Shown: positions 46,693-56,324, counted from the first letter of the stretch. The stretch: 64,000 nt of DNA from Dehalococcoidia bacterium (GCA_009693015.1 SHYB01000001.1:47885-111884); one strand, 5' to 3'. A program made the numbers and translations. The notes: generated from the sequence alone by a model not told the origin.

Positions 46693-47535
46693 ATGAAGAT
46701 CGGCGCGCACGTGTCGGCAGCGGGCAGTTTCGACAAGGCGATTGACCGCGCCGGGGAAATCGGCGCGGAGGCGGTGCAAATCTTCGTGTCCGGCCCCACG
46801 ACGTGGCGCATGCGCGTGCCCCTGCAGCCGGAGTGCGACGCGTTTAGGGAAAAGTCTAAGGCCATGGGCATCGCGCCGGCTTTTTTTCATGGCGTGTATC
46901 TCATCAACCTGGGGTCGCCCAACGCGGAGCTGGTGGCCAAGGGCGTGGAGTCGCTGATCAAGTACCAGGAGGCGGCGGCGCTGCTGGGCGCGGCGGGCAC
47001 GATCTTCCACGTGGGCAGCCACAAGGGCCAGGGGTTCGATGCCGTGCTGCCGCAGGTGGTGCGGGCGATGCACGCCGTGCTGGAGGGGATGCCCAAGGGC
47101 GTATCGCTGATCATCGAAAATAGCGCGGGCATGGGGCAGTCCATCGGCGCGAGCTTTGGGGAGATCGGCAGGATCGTCGCCGCGGTGGGCAGCGACCGGG
47201 TGCAGGTGTGCCTGGATACGCAGCACTGCTTCGCCAACGGCTACAACGTGGCGGTGAAGGACGGCCTGGACGCGGCGATGGAGGAGTTTGACCGCGAGAT
47301 CGGCCTGGGACGCCTCGCGGCGGTGCACGCCAACGATTCGAAGTGCGAACTCGAAGGCGGGCTTGACCGCCATGAGAACATCGGCGAGGGGCATATCGGG
47401 CGCAAGGGGTTCGAGGCGATCATGGCCCACCCCGCGCTGCAGGCGCCGGTCTTTCTCCTGGAGGTGCCGGGGTTTGAGGGCGGTGGGCCGGACAAACGCA
47501 ACGTGGATATCTTGAAGCAGATGCGAGGGCGCTAA
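46693..47535 (+). CDS. nfo: endonuclease IV (AP endonuclease family 2)
   Basis: MKIGAHVSAAG start; conserved H/E/D metal ligands. Confidence 0.85.
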   Translation: MKIGAHVSAAGSFDKAIDRAGEIGAEAVQIFVSGPTTWRMRVPLQPECDAFREKSKAMGIAPAFFHGVYLINLGSPNAELVAKGVESLIKYQEAAALLGAAGTIFHVGSHKGQGFDAVLPQVVRAMHAVLEGMPKGVSLIIENSAGMGQSIGASFGEIGRIVAAVGSDRVQVCLDTQHCFANGYNVAVKDGLDAAMEEFDREIGLGRLAAVHANDSKCELEGGLDRHENIGEGHIGRKGFEAIMAHPALQAPVFLLEVPGFEGGGPDKRNVDILKQMRGR

Positions 47536-47536
47536 C

Positions 47537-47731
47537 ATGTGGAGACGGATGCCCGGCCAGGAGCCGGACCCGCTGAGCAAGGGGCAACGCTGGCTGAGCG
47601 CCATCGTGGCGGTGACTGTGGCTATCGCTGTCCTGGTGGCGACGGGGGAGATGTGGATTAGCATCGTGACCTTTCTGGCGCTGGGCGCGGTGATCAACAT
47701 CGCCTTTTTTCTTACCAAAGGAAAGCAGTAG
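47537..47731 (+). CDS. hypothetical small membrane protein
   Basis: 64 aa, two TM helices, starts 2 nt after nfo stop. Confidence 0.3.
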   Translation: MWRRMPGQEPDPLSKGQRWLSAIVAVTVAIAVLVATGEMWISIVTFLALGAVINIAFFLTKGKQ

Positions 47732-47767
47732 TCCCGGCGGCAGCGCCGCCGGCGAAGGGAGCACGCG

Positions 47768-48682
47768 ATGACGACGAAGCCGGAGCAGATGGGCGGCATG
47801 CCTTTGATTCGCGCGGCGCGGGCGGCGGGGATCTCTTTCAAGGAGGAGTTCACCCCGATTGACCGCGAGGTGAAGGTGAACGGCATGCGCCTGCATTACC
47901 TCGATTGGGGGAACGCCGGCAAGCCTAAGATGCTGCTGCTGCACGGCGGGGCGCAGACGGCGCATTCCTGGGATTTCTTTGCGCTGGGCATACGCGACCA
48001 GTATCACGTGATCGCCCTCGACCAGCGCGGCCACGGCGATAGCGGTTGGTCGGAAACGGGCGATTACAAGGTGGAGAGTCATATCCAGGACGTGGATAGC
48101 TTCACCGACGCCATCGGTTACGATACGTTCACCCTGGTGGGACTATCCATGGGCGGGCGCAACTCCTTTTCCTTCACCGCCACGCACCCCAAGAAAGTGC
48201 GCGCGCTGGTGATCTGCGACGTAGGGCCGGAGACGCAGAAAGAAGGTACCGACCACATCAAGGAGTTCCTGCAGGACACCGAGATTTTCGAGTCGTTCGA
48301 CTGGCTGGTGGCGCGGGTGCAGCGCTACAACCCGCGCCGGCCGGAGGAGCAGATTCGCGGCAGCCTGATCAACAACCTCAAGAAGCTGCCCGACGGCCGC
48401 TGGACGTGGAAGCACGACCGGCGCAACGGCATCGCCCGCGACCGCGGCAACGAGGTCACGGCGAAAGGCTGGGAGTACGTGCGGTCGATCCGCTGCCCCA
48501 CGCTGATTGTGCGCGGCGCGGAAAGCGATGTCTTTGCGCCTGCAACCGCCAAAAAGATGCAGGAGTCCATCCCCGGCAGCCAGCTCGTGGAGATCCCCAA
48601 GGCGGGCCACCTAGTGCAGGGCGATAACCCCGTGGAGTTCGATAAGGCGGTGCGGAAGTTTTTGGGCGGGTTGAAGGTGTAA
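47768..48682 (+). CDS. alpha/beta hydrolase
   Basis: HGG..GLSMGG elbow, C-terminal H. Confidence 0.7.
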   Translation: MTTKPEQMGGMPLIRAARAAGISFKEEFTPIDREVKVNGMRLHYLDWGNAGKPKMLLLHGGAQTAHSWDFFALGIRDQYHVIALDQRGHGDSGWSETGDYKVESHIQDVDSFTDAIGYDTFTLVGLSMGGRNSFSFTATHPKKVRALVICDVGPETQKEGTDHIKEFLQDTEIFESFDWLVARVQRYNPRRPEEQIRGSLINNLKKLPDGRWTWKHDRRNGIARDRGNEVTAKGWEYVRSIRCPTLIVRGAESDVFAPATAKKMQESIPGSQLVEIPKAGHLVQGDNPVEFDKAVRKFLGGLKV

Positions 48683-48721
48683 GCAGGGATCGGATCCCCG
48701 CCGTTCATCGCGCTCCCGCTC

Positions 48722-49252
48722 CTAGCGCCAGCAGCCCTCAAGGAACGGCGCGTCGATCTCGCGCACGGCGTCCGCCACCTTGCGCAGCACTTCGCTGCCG
48801 CCGCCGAAGAGCGCCACCTCCATCACTATGCCGTTGTCCTTGACCGCTTGGATGGCGGAGGCGTAGTCCGTGTCGCCGCTGACCAGGATCACCACGTCGG
48901 CGTTGCGGCGGAAGCTGTGGATCACCATGTCCGTGCCGATGCGCACGTCAATGCCTTTTTCATAGGGCGGGACATCGGGCCAGCCGGGCTGGTACACCAG
49001 GCGGCCGGTGTGCACCTCAAAGTAGGGCAGGTTCTCCACGGCTTAGAGGAAACGCTGCTGGTCCTCGTATTTTTGCGGCTCGCGCGCGGGGTCGAACTCG
49101 GCGTTGTAGTAGTAGGCGCGGACGAGGCGTCTGCCTGCGACCAGGCGTTCGACGAACGCGTCCAGTTGCAGGGCGGTGCGCCCAAACCGCGAGCGCAGCG
49201 AGTGGTACAGGTTGCTGCCGTCAATGAACACCATCACGCGCTGGTCTGTCAT
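48722..49252 (-). pseudogene. NYN-domain (LabA/YacP-like) gene interrupted by an in-frame TAA at 49040-49042
   Basis: N-part ..MVFIDGSNLYHSL..QQRFL* continues in the same frame as AVENLPYFEVHTGRL..VSGDTDYASAIQ..; combined about 175 aa, matching a single NYN protein. Confidence 0.5.
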
Positions 49253-49289
49253 GGCAGCAATTTTAGCACCCTGAACGCGGCGCGCGTTG

Positions 49290-49829
49290 CTAGGCTGACG
49301 GAACCAGGCTAACGTCGTCCAGCCGGCGCACGCCCACGCTGCCGACGCGTGCCGCCAGCGTGGCGATCGTCTCATGCAGCGTGGGGTGCAGCACGCCGTC
49401 GGCGATGTCCGCCAGCGGTGCAAGGGCGAAGGCTCGCTCGGCGAGGCGCGGGTGCGGGATGGTCAGCGACGGCGTCTCTAGCGTCACGCCGTCGTACAGC
49501 AAGATGTCGATGTCGATGAGACGCGAGGCGTTTTGCGTGCGGCCGGTGCGGCCCATCGCCTGCTCGATTTCTTTGATGCGCTCGAGCAGGGCCAGCGGCA
49601 GCAGGGCAGTCGTCCCCAGGCACGCGGCGTTGAGGAAATCGGGCTGCGCCGCCATGCCCACCGGCACCGTCTCGTACACCGGCGACACGCGTTGGATGGC
49701 GACGTGCCCGCTCAGGCGGCGCAGCGCCTCCCCCAGGTTGGCGAGGCGGTCGCCCATGTTCGCGCCCAGGCCGAGATACACTGTTGCGTTCACTGTGTTC
49801 GCTGCCGCGCTCACCGTGGCCGCGTCCAC
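49290..49829 (-). CDS. folK: 2-amino-4-hydroxy-6-hydroxymethyldihydropteridine pyrophosphokinase
   Basis: VYLGLGANMGD start region; HPPK pattern; true start may be an internal non-ATG codon. Confidence 0.75.
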   Translation of the reverse strand: MDAATVSAAANTVNATVYLGLGANMGDRLANLGEALRRLSGHVAIQRVSPVYETVPVGMAAQPDFLNAACLGTTALLPLALLERIKEIEQAMGRTGRTQNASRLIDIDILLYDGVTLETPSLTIPHPRLAERAFALAPLADIADGVLHPTLHETIATLAARVGSVGVRRLDDVSLVPSA

Positions 49830-50650
49830 CCACGGACGATAGCGTCGCTCATGCGGGCCACGCGCGTCATCTCGCGCACGTCGTGCACGCGCACCATGTC
49901 CGCGCCGTTGGCGATGGCGATGGCGACGGTCGCCGCCGTCCCTTCGAGGCGTTCCTCCACCGGCAGGCCGAGCACCATACCGATGGTGGATTTGCGCGAC
50001 GTGCCTACGAGAATGGGCAGGCCCAGCACCCGCAACTCGCCGAGGCGGCGCAGCAGCTCAAGGTTCTGCTCCGCCGTCTTGCCGAACCCGAAACCGGGGT
50101 CCACGAGGATGTTGCGGCGCGGCACCCCGGCGGCGACCGCTGTGTCCACGCTGCGGGCCAGGCGCTCGATCACCTGCGGCACAAGGTCGCGGTACTCCGT
50201 GCCGTGCTGGTTGTGCATCAGCGCCAGGGGGACGCCCGCCTGCGCCGCGAGCTCGGCAAGGCGCGGGTCGTGCTGCAGTCCCCACACGTCGTTGATCATG
50301 CAGGCGCCGTGACGCAACGCCGCGCGGGCCACGTCGCTCTTATAGGTGTCGATGCTCATAGGCAGGCTGGCAGCGGACGCCGCCTGCAGCGCGGGAATGA
50401 TGCGCCGCGATTCGTCTTCCACGGAGACCGGCGGGGCTCCGGGACGCGTGGACTCGCCGCCGACGTCGAGTATATCCGCGCCGGCATCGGCGAAGGTCCG
50501 CGCGCGGTCAGCGACGGCGTCAGCGAGCAGCAAGCCGTCGCCGGAGAACGAATCCGGCGTGGCGTTGAGGATGCCCATGACGAACGTGCGGATCCCCCAG
50601 CGGAACTCGCGCCCGCCGATCATGGTTGGCTCAGGTGTCAGGGTGGTCAT
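49811..50650 (-). CDS. folP: dihydropteroate synthase
   Basis: VMGILNATPDSFSGDG motif, pterin-binding barrel; 687-aa track ORF trimmed to MTTLTPEP start (alternative MIGG at 50623). Confidence 0.85.
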   Translation of the reverse strand: MTTLTPEPTMIGGREFRWGIRTFVMGILNATPDSFSGDGLLLADAVADRARTFADAGADILDVGGESTRPGAPPVSVEDESRRIIPALQAASAASLPMSIDTYKSDVARAALRHGACMINDVWGLQHDPRLAELAAQAGVPLALMHNQHGTEYRDLVPQVIERLARSVDTAVAAGVPRRNILVDPGFGFGKTAEQNLELLRRLGELRVLGLPILVGTSRKSTIGMVLGLPVEERLEGTAATVAIAIANGADMVRVHDVREMTRVARMSDAIVRGWTRPR

Positions 50651-50839
50651 GCGACGCTCCGAAAGCATCGTATCATGCGCCATCCAGCCGCCATCGCGGG
50701 CGGTGTGCCATTCGGCGCGGGCTGCGTCAATTGGCGCTGTCTCTGATTGACCTTTCCGGAGCGCCCTTGCTACGATGGGGGCGTCGGCCACAGCGCGAGC
50801 GCCACGTTTACGCGGCCCGCCGGATACGGGGGAGTGCCC

Positions 50840-51565
50840 ATGACCACGCAGCACGGCAGCCAGGCCCAGCCCGGCAAGCAGAGCAGGCAGTTCGTCCGCT
50901 ACGTCTGCTACAAGGTGCAGCCGGAGTGGCGCCGCCTGCCCAAGGCGCAGCGCGATAGCTCGCGCGCCGAGTTCGCCGCCGTGGTGGATGAGATGTCCGA
51001 CGGCATGATGGTGCGCAGCTATTCGCTGGCGGGCACCCGCGGCGACGCCGATCTCATGCTGTGGGAGGTCTCGCCGCGGCTGGACGATATCCAGAACCTG
51101 GCGGTGCGCCTCTCCTCGACGGCGCTGGGGCGGTACATGGACACGCCGCACTCCTACCTGGCGATGACGCGGCGCTCCATCTACGTGGAGAAGCATGAGC
51201 ATGCCGGCCAGGAGGGCGCGCGGCTCAAGGTGCGCCCCGCGGGGGCCAAGTATCTCTTCGTCTACCCGTTTGTGAAGACGCGCGAGTGGTATCTGCTGCC
51301 CAAGGAAGAGCGGCAGCAGATCATGGACGTGCACATCGGCGTGGGGCACAAATATCCTGGCGTGCGCATCAATACCTCCTACTCCTTTGGCCTGGACGAT
51401 CAGGACTTCGTGGTGGCCTTTGAGGGCGACGACCCCGGCGAGTTCCTCGACCTGGTGATGGACCTGCGCGAGACGCAGTCGAGCAAGTACACCGTGCGCG
51501 ACACGCCGATCTTCACCGGCGTCTCCATGACGATCCAAGAGGCGCTCGCCACCCTGGGCGACTAG
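50840..51565 (+). CDS. hemQ: chlorite-dismutase-family protein (HemQ/ChdC coproheme decarboxylase-like)
   Basis: about 240 aa; family pattern; start MTTQHGS. Confidence 0.7.
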   Translation: MTTQHGSQAQPGKQSRQFVRYVCYKVQPEWRRLPKAQRDSSRAEFAAVVDEMSDGMMVRSYSLAGTRGDADLMLWEVSPRLDDIQNLAVRLSSTALGRYMDTPHSYLAMTRRSIYVEKHEHAGQEGARLKVRPAGAKYLFVYPFVKTREWYLLPKEERQQIMDVHIGVGHKYPGVRINTSYSFGLDDQDFVVAFEGDDPGEFLDLVMDLRETQSSKYTVRDTPIFTGVSMTIQEALATLGD

Positions 51566-51574
51566 GAGAGAACG

Positions 51575-51928
51575 ATGGCAAAGAAAGTAACCTTCTACTG
51601 GAAAGCTACCTGAACCACCTGCCGCAAGGCGAAGGCGTGGCTTTCGCAACAGGGCGTCCAGTTTTCCGAGCGCGAGATGGCGAAGCAACCGCTCAGCGCC
51701 GATGAGATCAAGCGCCTCTCCGGCGGCGACCCCGTGTCGCTGATTGACCGCAAGAAGCCGTCGTTCCGCGCGCTGGGCCTGGGCGACAGGCCCTTCACCG
51801 CTACTGAAGCGATCAAGCTGATGCAGGCGAACCCCAGCATCATCCGCCGTCCCATCTTTGAGATCGACGGCCAAGTGGTCATTGCCCCCAAGGAAGCGGA
51901 CCTGGCCGCCAAGCTGGGCAAGCGCTAA
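51575..51928 (+). CDS. ArsC/Spx-family thioredoxin-fold protein with in-frame TGA at 51611-51613 (candidate selenocysteine at the CxxC position)
   Basis: GGAGAG RBS, ATG 51575; MAKKVTFYWKAT-TGA-TTCRKAKAWL.. aligns to family motif CxxCRKA; downstream track ORF 51677..51928 is in the same frame; total 117 aa. Confidence 0.5.
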
Positions 51929-51930
51929 TC

Positions 51931-52290
51931 GTGGACTGCGGCAGCCCGCCGCCGGCCGCGTTGCTGCGGGGCATCGCGGAGTTCAACGACGGCGAGTATT
52001 TTGCCTGCCACGAGACGCTGGAGGCGCTGTGGCGTGCCGAGCGCGGCCCGGTGCGCCGCCTCTATCAGGGCGTGTTGCAAGTGGCGGTGGCGCTGCACCA
52101 CCTGGAGCGCGGCAATCTCCCCGGCGCACGATCTATTCTTGCCAAGGCGGAGAAGCATCTCGCGGCATGCCCCGCGCCGTGCCTGGGCGTGGACGTGGCG
52201 GCGTTACGGGAGGACACGCGACTGCTGGCGGAGTCGCTGGCGGGGAGCGATGCGCCTGCTGACGTGAGCATGCGCGTGCGGACGGTGTAG
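51931..52290 (+). CDS. DUF309-domain protein
   Basis: GTG start immediately after the previous stop; FNDGEYFACHETLEALW motif. Confidence 0.55.
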   Translation: MDCGSPPPAALLRGIAEFNDGEYFACHETLEALWRAERGPVRRLYQGVLQVAVALHHLERGNLPGARSILAKAEKHLAACPAPCLGVDVAALREDTRLLAESLAGSDAPADVSMRVRTV

Positions 52291-52301
52291 GCGGGGGCAG
52301 C

Positions 52302-52454
52302 CTAGCGGATCGCCAGGCAACCCTCGATAGCTTCATAGAGGTTCTGCAACAGCTCCTCGAACATCTCCCCCTGGGTGGCGCAACCGGGTATGCCGGGAAC
52401 CTCGGCCCAATAGCCGCCTTCGTCGGCGGTGTGGACGACAACCTTGATTTTCAT
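52302..52454 (-). CDS. HicB-like (UPF0150) small protein, orphan, not in the ORF track
   Basis: 50 aa: MKIKVVVHTADEGGYWAEVPGIPGCATQGEMFEELLQNLYEAIEGCLAIR; family core motif; no HicA partner adjacent. Confidence 0.5.
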   Translation of the reverse strand: MKIKVVVHTADEGGYWAEVPGIPGCATQGEMFEELLQNLYEAIEGCLAIR

Positions 52455-52547
52455 GGCGGAACCTCGCACGGATTATAGCATTGCGAGCTTGTAGAGCAGG
52501 CAGCGTGTCCCCGCTGCCTGCAGCGCCTGGTGTACACTGGCGTCACC

Positions 52548-53990
52548 ATGAAAGACCTCCTCCTGCGCGCGCTCGATACCGCCCGATTGCGCGGGGCGAC
52601 GTATGCCGATGTGCGCTACGTCCACATCACCGTGCAGACCATCGCCGTGCGCGACCAGCGCGTGGAAGCGGTCACCTCGCATGAGTCCAGCGGCATCGGC
52701 GTGCGCGTCATCGCCAACGGCGGCTGGGGCTTCGCCGCGTCGTCGCGACTCGACGCGAACGAGGCCGACATGCTCGCCGCCAGCGCCGTGCGCATCGCCA
52801 GGGCGTCGTCGTCGGTGCTACGCGAGCCGGTGCGCCTGGGCGATGCGATGCGCGTGGAGGGCGTGTACGTGACGCCGGTGGTGCGCGACCCGTTTCTCGT
52901 GCCGCTAGAAGAGAAGGTGGGCGTGCTGCTCGCCGCCACGCGAGAGATGCGGCGTGTCAAGCAAATCGCGGTGGCGCAGGCGGGCACGGAGATCGTGCGC
53001 ACAGAGAAGATTTTCGCCTCTAGCGAGGGCAGCTACACTGACCAGACGCTATATGAGACGGGCTGCGGCATGGAGGCCACCGCCGTAGGAGAGGGGGAAG
53101 TCCAGAACCGCTCCTACCCCAGCAGCATCGGCAGGCACCAGGGCACGGAAGGCTGGGAGTTCGCCGAGCGCTACGACCTGCCGGGAAACGCCCCGCGCAT
53201 CGCCGAGGAGGCGGCGGCGCTTCTCACGGCGAAGCAGTGCCCCGCGGGCGAGTTCACCGTGATCCTCGATGGCTCGCAGACGGCGCTGCAAGTGCACGAG
53301 TCGTGCGGGCACCCCGTGGAACTCGACCGTGTCTTCGGCTCGGAGGCGGCGTATGCCGGCACGAGCTTTCTCACCACAGACAAGCTGGGCAGCTTCCGCT
53401 ACGGGTCGGACAAGGTCAGTATCGTTGCCGACGCAACGATACTCGGCGGCCTGGGCACGTTCGGCTACGACGACGAGGGCGTGCCCGCGCAGCGCGGCGA
53501 CATCGTGCGCGACGGTATGTTTGTGGGCTACCTGACGTCCCGCGAGACGGCGGCGCGGCTGGGCCAGCGCTCCAGCGGCGCGGCGCGGGCCAGCGGGTGG
53601 GACCGCATACCGCTCATTCGCATGACCAACGTGAACCTGGAGCCTGGGCCGTGGCGCCTGCCTGAGCTCATCGCGGACACGGACCGCGGCATCTATATGC
53701 AGACCAACCGCTCGTGGAGCATTGACGACAGGCGGCTCAACTTCCAGTTCGGCACGGAGATCGCCTGGGAGATCGCCGGCGGCAAGCTGGGGGCGATGCT
53801 GAAGAACGCCACCTACACTGGCATGACGCCGCGCTTCTGGGCATCGTGCGACGCGGTATGCGGCGGCCCTGACTGGACGGTATGGGGCGTGCCGAACTGC
53901 GGCAAGGGCCAGCCCGAGCAGGCGGGGCATGTGGGCCACGGGGCCGCGCCCGCCCGCTTCCGCAACGTGCAGGTGGGGCGGCTGCGTTAG
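52548..53990 (+). CDS. tldD: TldD-family metalloprotease (peptidase U62)
   Basis: Start MKDLLLRALD; HESCGH motif. Confidence 0.8.
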   Translation: MKDLLLRALDTARLRGATYADVRYVHITVQTIAVRDQRVEAVTSHESSGIGVRVIANGGWGFAASSRLDANEADMLAASAVRIARASSSVLREPVRLGDAMRVEGVYVTPVVRDPFLVPLEEKVGVLLAATREMRRVKQIAVAQAGTEIVRTEKIFASSEGSYTDQTLYETGCGMEATAVGEGEVQNRSYPSSIGRHQGTEGWEFAERYDLPGNAPRIAEEAAALLTAKQCPAGEFTVILDGSQTALQVHESCGHPVELDRVFGSEAAYAGTSFLTTDKLGSFRYGSDKVSIVADATILGGLGTFGYDDEGVPAQRGDIVRDGMFVGYLTSRETAARLGQRSSGAARASGWDRIPLIRMTNVNLEPGPWRLPELIADTDRGIYMQTNRSWSIDDRRLNFQFGTEIAWEIAGGKLGAMLKNATYTGMTPRFWASCDAVCGGPDWTVWGVPNCGKGQPEQAGHVGHGAAPARFRNVQVGRLR

Positions 53991-54029
53991 GGTTGCCGCC
54001 TTCCCACCGTGTAGATGGGCCTGCTGCTG

Positions 54030-54887
54030 CTAGCCTGGCGCGCCGCCGCCCTGGGAGAACATCGCGCCGAAGCGCTGCACCAGGCCGGTCAGTTCCATGG
54101 GCAGGACGAACTTCGTGCCGGGGCTTGCGCCTAGCGCCTTCAGCGCCTCAAGATATTGCAACTGCAAGGTATTGGCGTCCACGCCCTTGGCCACGGCGTT
54201 GATCTTCTCTAGGGCCTGCGCCAGCCCTTCCGCCTGCAGCGCCTGCGCCTGCCGCGATGCCTCCGCCCGCAGGATTTGTGCCTGCCTGTCGCCCTCCGCT
54301 TTCAGGATCGCCGATTGCTTCTCCCCTTCCGCCACGGTGATTGCCGCCGCGCGCTTCCCTTCGGCCTCCGTCACCGTGGCGCGGCGCTCCCGCTCCGCCG
54401 CCATCTGCCGGTTCATCGCTGTCTGAATTTCCTTCGGCGGCGTGATCTCGCGGATCTCCACCGCGGTGACCTTCACCCCCCAGCGCACCGTGACCTCGTC
54501 CAGCTTCATCCGCAGCGTGTTGTTGATCTGCTCGCGCTTTGCCAGCACGTCGTCCAGCGAAATATCGCCGAGCACCGCCCGCAGCATGGTGGTGGCGATC
54601 CCCGTGGCCGCGGCGATGAAGTTCTGCACCTCCAGCACGGACTTCTCCGGCGCTTCCACCATGACGCGGTAGAAGATCAAGAAATCAATATCTATCGGCG
54701 CGTTGTCCTTGGTGATCGCCGTCTGGCTGGGCACGTCCAGCACCCGCTCCCGCAGGTCCACGCTGCGGCTCCCGCTGTTGATCAGCGGCCACAGCCAGCG
54801 GAGCCCCGGCTCGCGCACCCCGGTGAACTTGCCGAAACGTAGCAGCACAAGCCGCTCATACTGGCGGACGATGGTGATTCCTGGCAT
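54030..54887 (-). CDS. SPFH/band-7 (stomatin-like) membrane protein
   Basis: 285 aa; SPFH domain, C-terminal coiled-coil AEGxxQA repeats. Confidence 0.8.
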   Translation of the reverse strand: MPGITIVRQYERLVLLRFGKFTGVREPGLRWLWPLINSGSRSVDLRERVLDVPSQTAITKDNAPIDIDFLIFYRVMVEAPEKSVLEVQNFIAAATGIATTMLRAVLGDISLDDVLAKREQINNTLRMKLDEVTVRWGVKVTAVEIREITPPKEIQTAMNRQMAAERERRATVTEAEGKRAAAITVAEGEKQSAILKAEGDRQAQILRAEASRQAQALQAEGLAQALEKINAVAKGVDANTLQLQYLEALKALGASPGTKFVLPMELTGLVQRFGAMFSQGGGAPG

Positions 54888-54932
54888 CTCTTCTCTCCTG
54901 TTTGCGGTACCCCGCGCGGCGCTGCCCGCACC

Positions 54933-56324
54933 TTATTCCTCGCCGCCTCCTGCGTCAACCGGCCCGTCCTCCGCGGTGACGATCAGCGTCAGCCCGCGCA
55001 CCTCCATGACAGTGACGCGCTGTCCCGTGCCGGTGAGGCGGCGGCGCTCCTCCTCCGCCGTCCAGTCCTCCCCGTCCACATGCACGATCCCCGTGGGATC
55101 GAGCGTCTGGGTCACCACCCCCGGCTTTCCCACAAGCATGCGATCCGCGCCGGGCGGCGTCTCCTTCTCCCCCCGCCGTGCCAGCAGCATCATCGCGGCG
55201 GTCAGGCTGGCGAATCCCCCGCCCAGCCCGCCAATGAGCCACGGGCTGAGGTGGATCTGCGGCATGGCGACGGTGGGAGGGTCGGCGGCAAAGGGGGCGA
55301 ACAGTAGCAGCCCCCCGGCGACGAAGGCCGCGATGCCGCTCACGCCGAACATGCCGAACCCCGGCACGTAGAATTCGACGACGAGCAGCGCGCCGGCAAG
55401 CACGATCAGGCCTACGCCGGCCCAGTTCACCGGCAGGTTGCCCAGCGCCACCAGCGCCAGCGCCAGGCAGATGGCCCCCGCCACGCCAGGGAACACCAGC
55501 CCGGGGCTGAAGAGCTCAATGACGATCCCTCCCACGCCCACGACCAACAAGAGCGTGGAAACGGTGGGGTTCGCCAGCGCCGCCAGCATGCGCTCCAGGA
55601 AGCTGGGGGAGAGCATGGAGCAGGCCGCCGCCGGGCTGGCGCAGCGTATCCCCGCAGTGTCCAGGACAATGCTCTGCGTCCCCACGCGCACCGTGCGCCC
55701 GTGCAGCTGCGCCAGCAGGTCCGCGGTGTCCCCGGCGATGAGTTCGATGATGCCGAGCTCCAGTGCCTGCTGTGCGCTGTAGGACGCCGCCTGGTGGACG
55801 GCGCGTTCATACGGCGCCGGGTTGCGCCCCCGCTGCTCGGCGATGCTGCGTATCTTGGCCGCGGCGTCGTTTGCCACCTTGCTCGCCAGCGTCTTCGGCA
55901 GGTCCTCGCCGCCGCCGCCGATGGGCGTCGCCGCGCCGATGTTGGTCACGGGGGCCATGGCCGCCACATGGCCCGCCGCGCTGACGAACATCCCCGCCGA
56001 CGCCGCCCGCGCCCCCCTCGGCGCCACGTAGGTGACCACGGGGATGGCCGAAGCCTCGATGCTCTTCACTATGTCCAGCATGGCGTCTGCCAGCCCGCCC
56101 GGCGTGTCTACGCGAAGGATGATGAACGATGCGCCTTGCTCGTTCGCCTCCCGTATGGCGCGGTCCAGGTAGCGGGCGCGGTTGGGGTCAACGATCCCAT
56201 CCAGCGTCAGCACGGCCGCGCGGGGCGGCGCGTCAGTCGCGGCGATGGCAAACAGGGGCGTGAGCAGCGGCAGCGCCGCCAGCAACAGAAACACGCCCTG
56301 GCGCGCGCGGGCAAACATCCTCAT
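54933..56324 (-). CDS. NfeD-like membrane-bound ClpP-class serine protease
   Basis: Signal/TM, ClpP-fold protease domain, TM bundle, C-terminal OB domain; classic nfeD-stomatin pair. Confidence 0.75.
   Translation of the reverse strand: MRMFARARQGVFLLLAALPLLTPLFAIAATDAPPRAAVLTLDGIVDPNRARYLDRAIREANEQGASFIILRVDTPGGLADAMLDIVKSIEASAIPVVTYVAPRGARAASAGMFVSAAGHVAAMAPVTNIGAATPIGGGGEDLPKTLASKVANDAAAKIRSIAEQRGRNPAPYERAVHQAASYSAQQALELGIIELIAGDTADLLAQLHGRTVRVGTQSIVLDTAGIRCASPAAACSMLSPSFLERMLAALANPTVSTLLLVVGVGGIVIELFSPGLVFPGVAGAICLALALVALGNLPVNWAGVGLIVLAGALLVVEFYVPGFGMFGVSGIAAFVAGGLLLFAPFAADPPTVAMPQIHLSPWLIGGLGGGFASLTAAMMLLARRGEKETPPGADRMLVGKPGVVTQTLDPTGIVHVDGEDWTAEEERRRLTGTGQRVTVMEVRGLTLIVTAEDGPVDAGGGEE

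Noticed and set aside
45037-47886. 949-aa minus-strand ORF spanning the LLM oxidoreductase, nfo and neighbouring genes
   Set aside because: Arg/Ala/Gly/Pro low-complexity translation with no domain pattern; antisense to three well-supported genes. Typical stop-codon-poor antisense frame in high-GC DNA.
50651-51874. Upstream 400 codons of the 687-aa track ORF containing folP
   Set aside because: This portion is antisense to hemQ and low-complexity; folP homology begins only at MTTLTPEP, so the CDS was trimmed to 49811..50650.
52455-52547. HicA toxin partner for the HicB-like ORF
   Set aside because: The 93-bp upstream gap and flanks contain no ORF with the HicA dsRBD-like pattern; the HicB-like gene is reported as an orphan.
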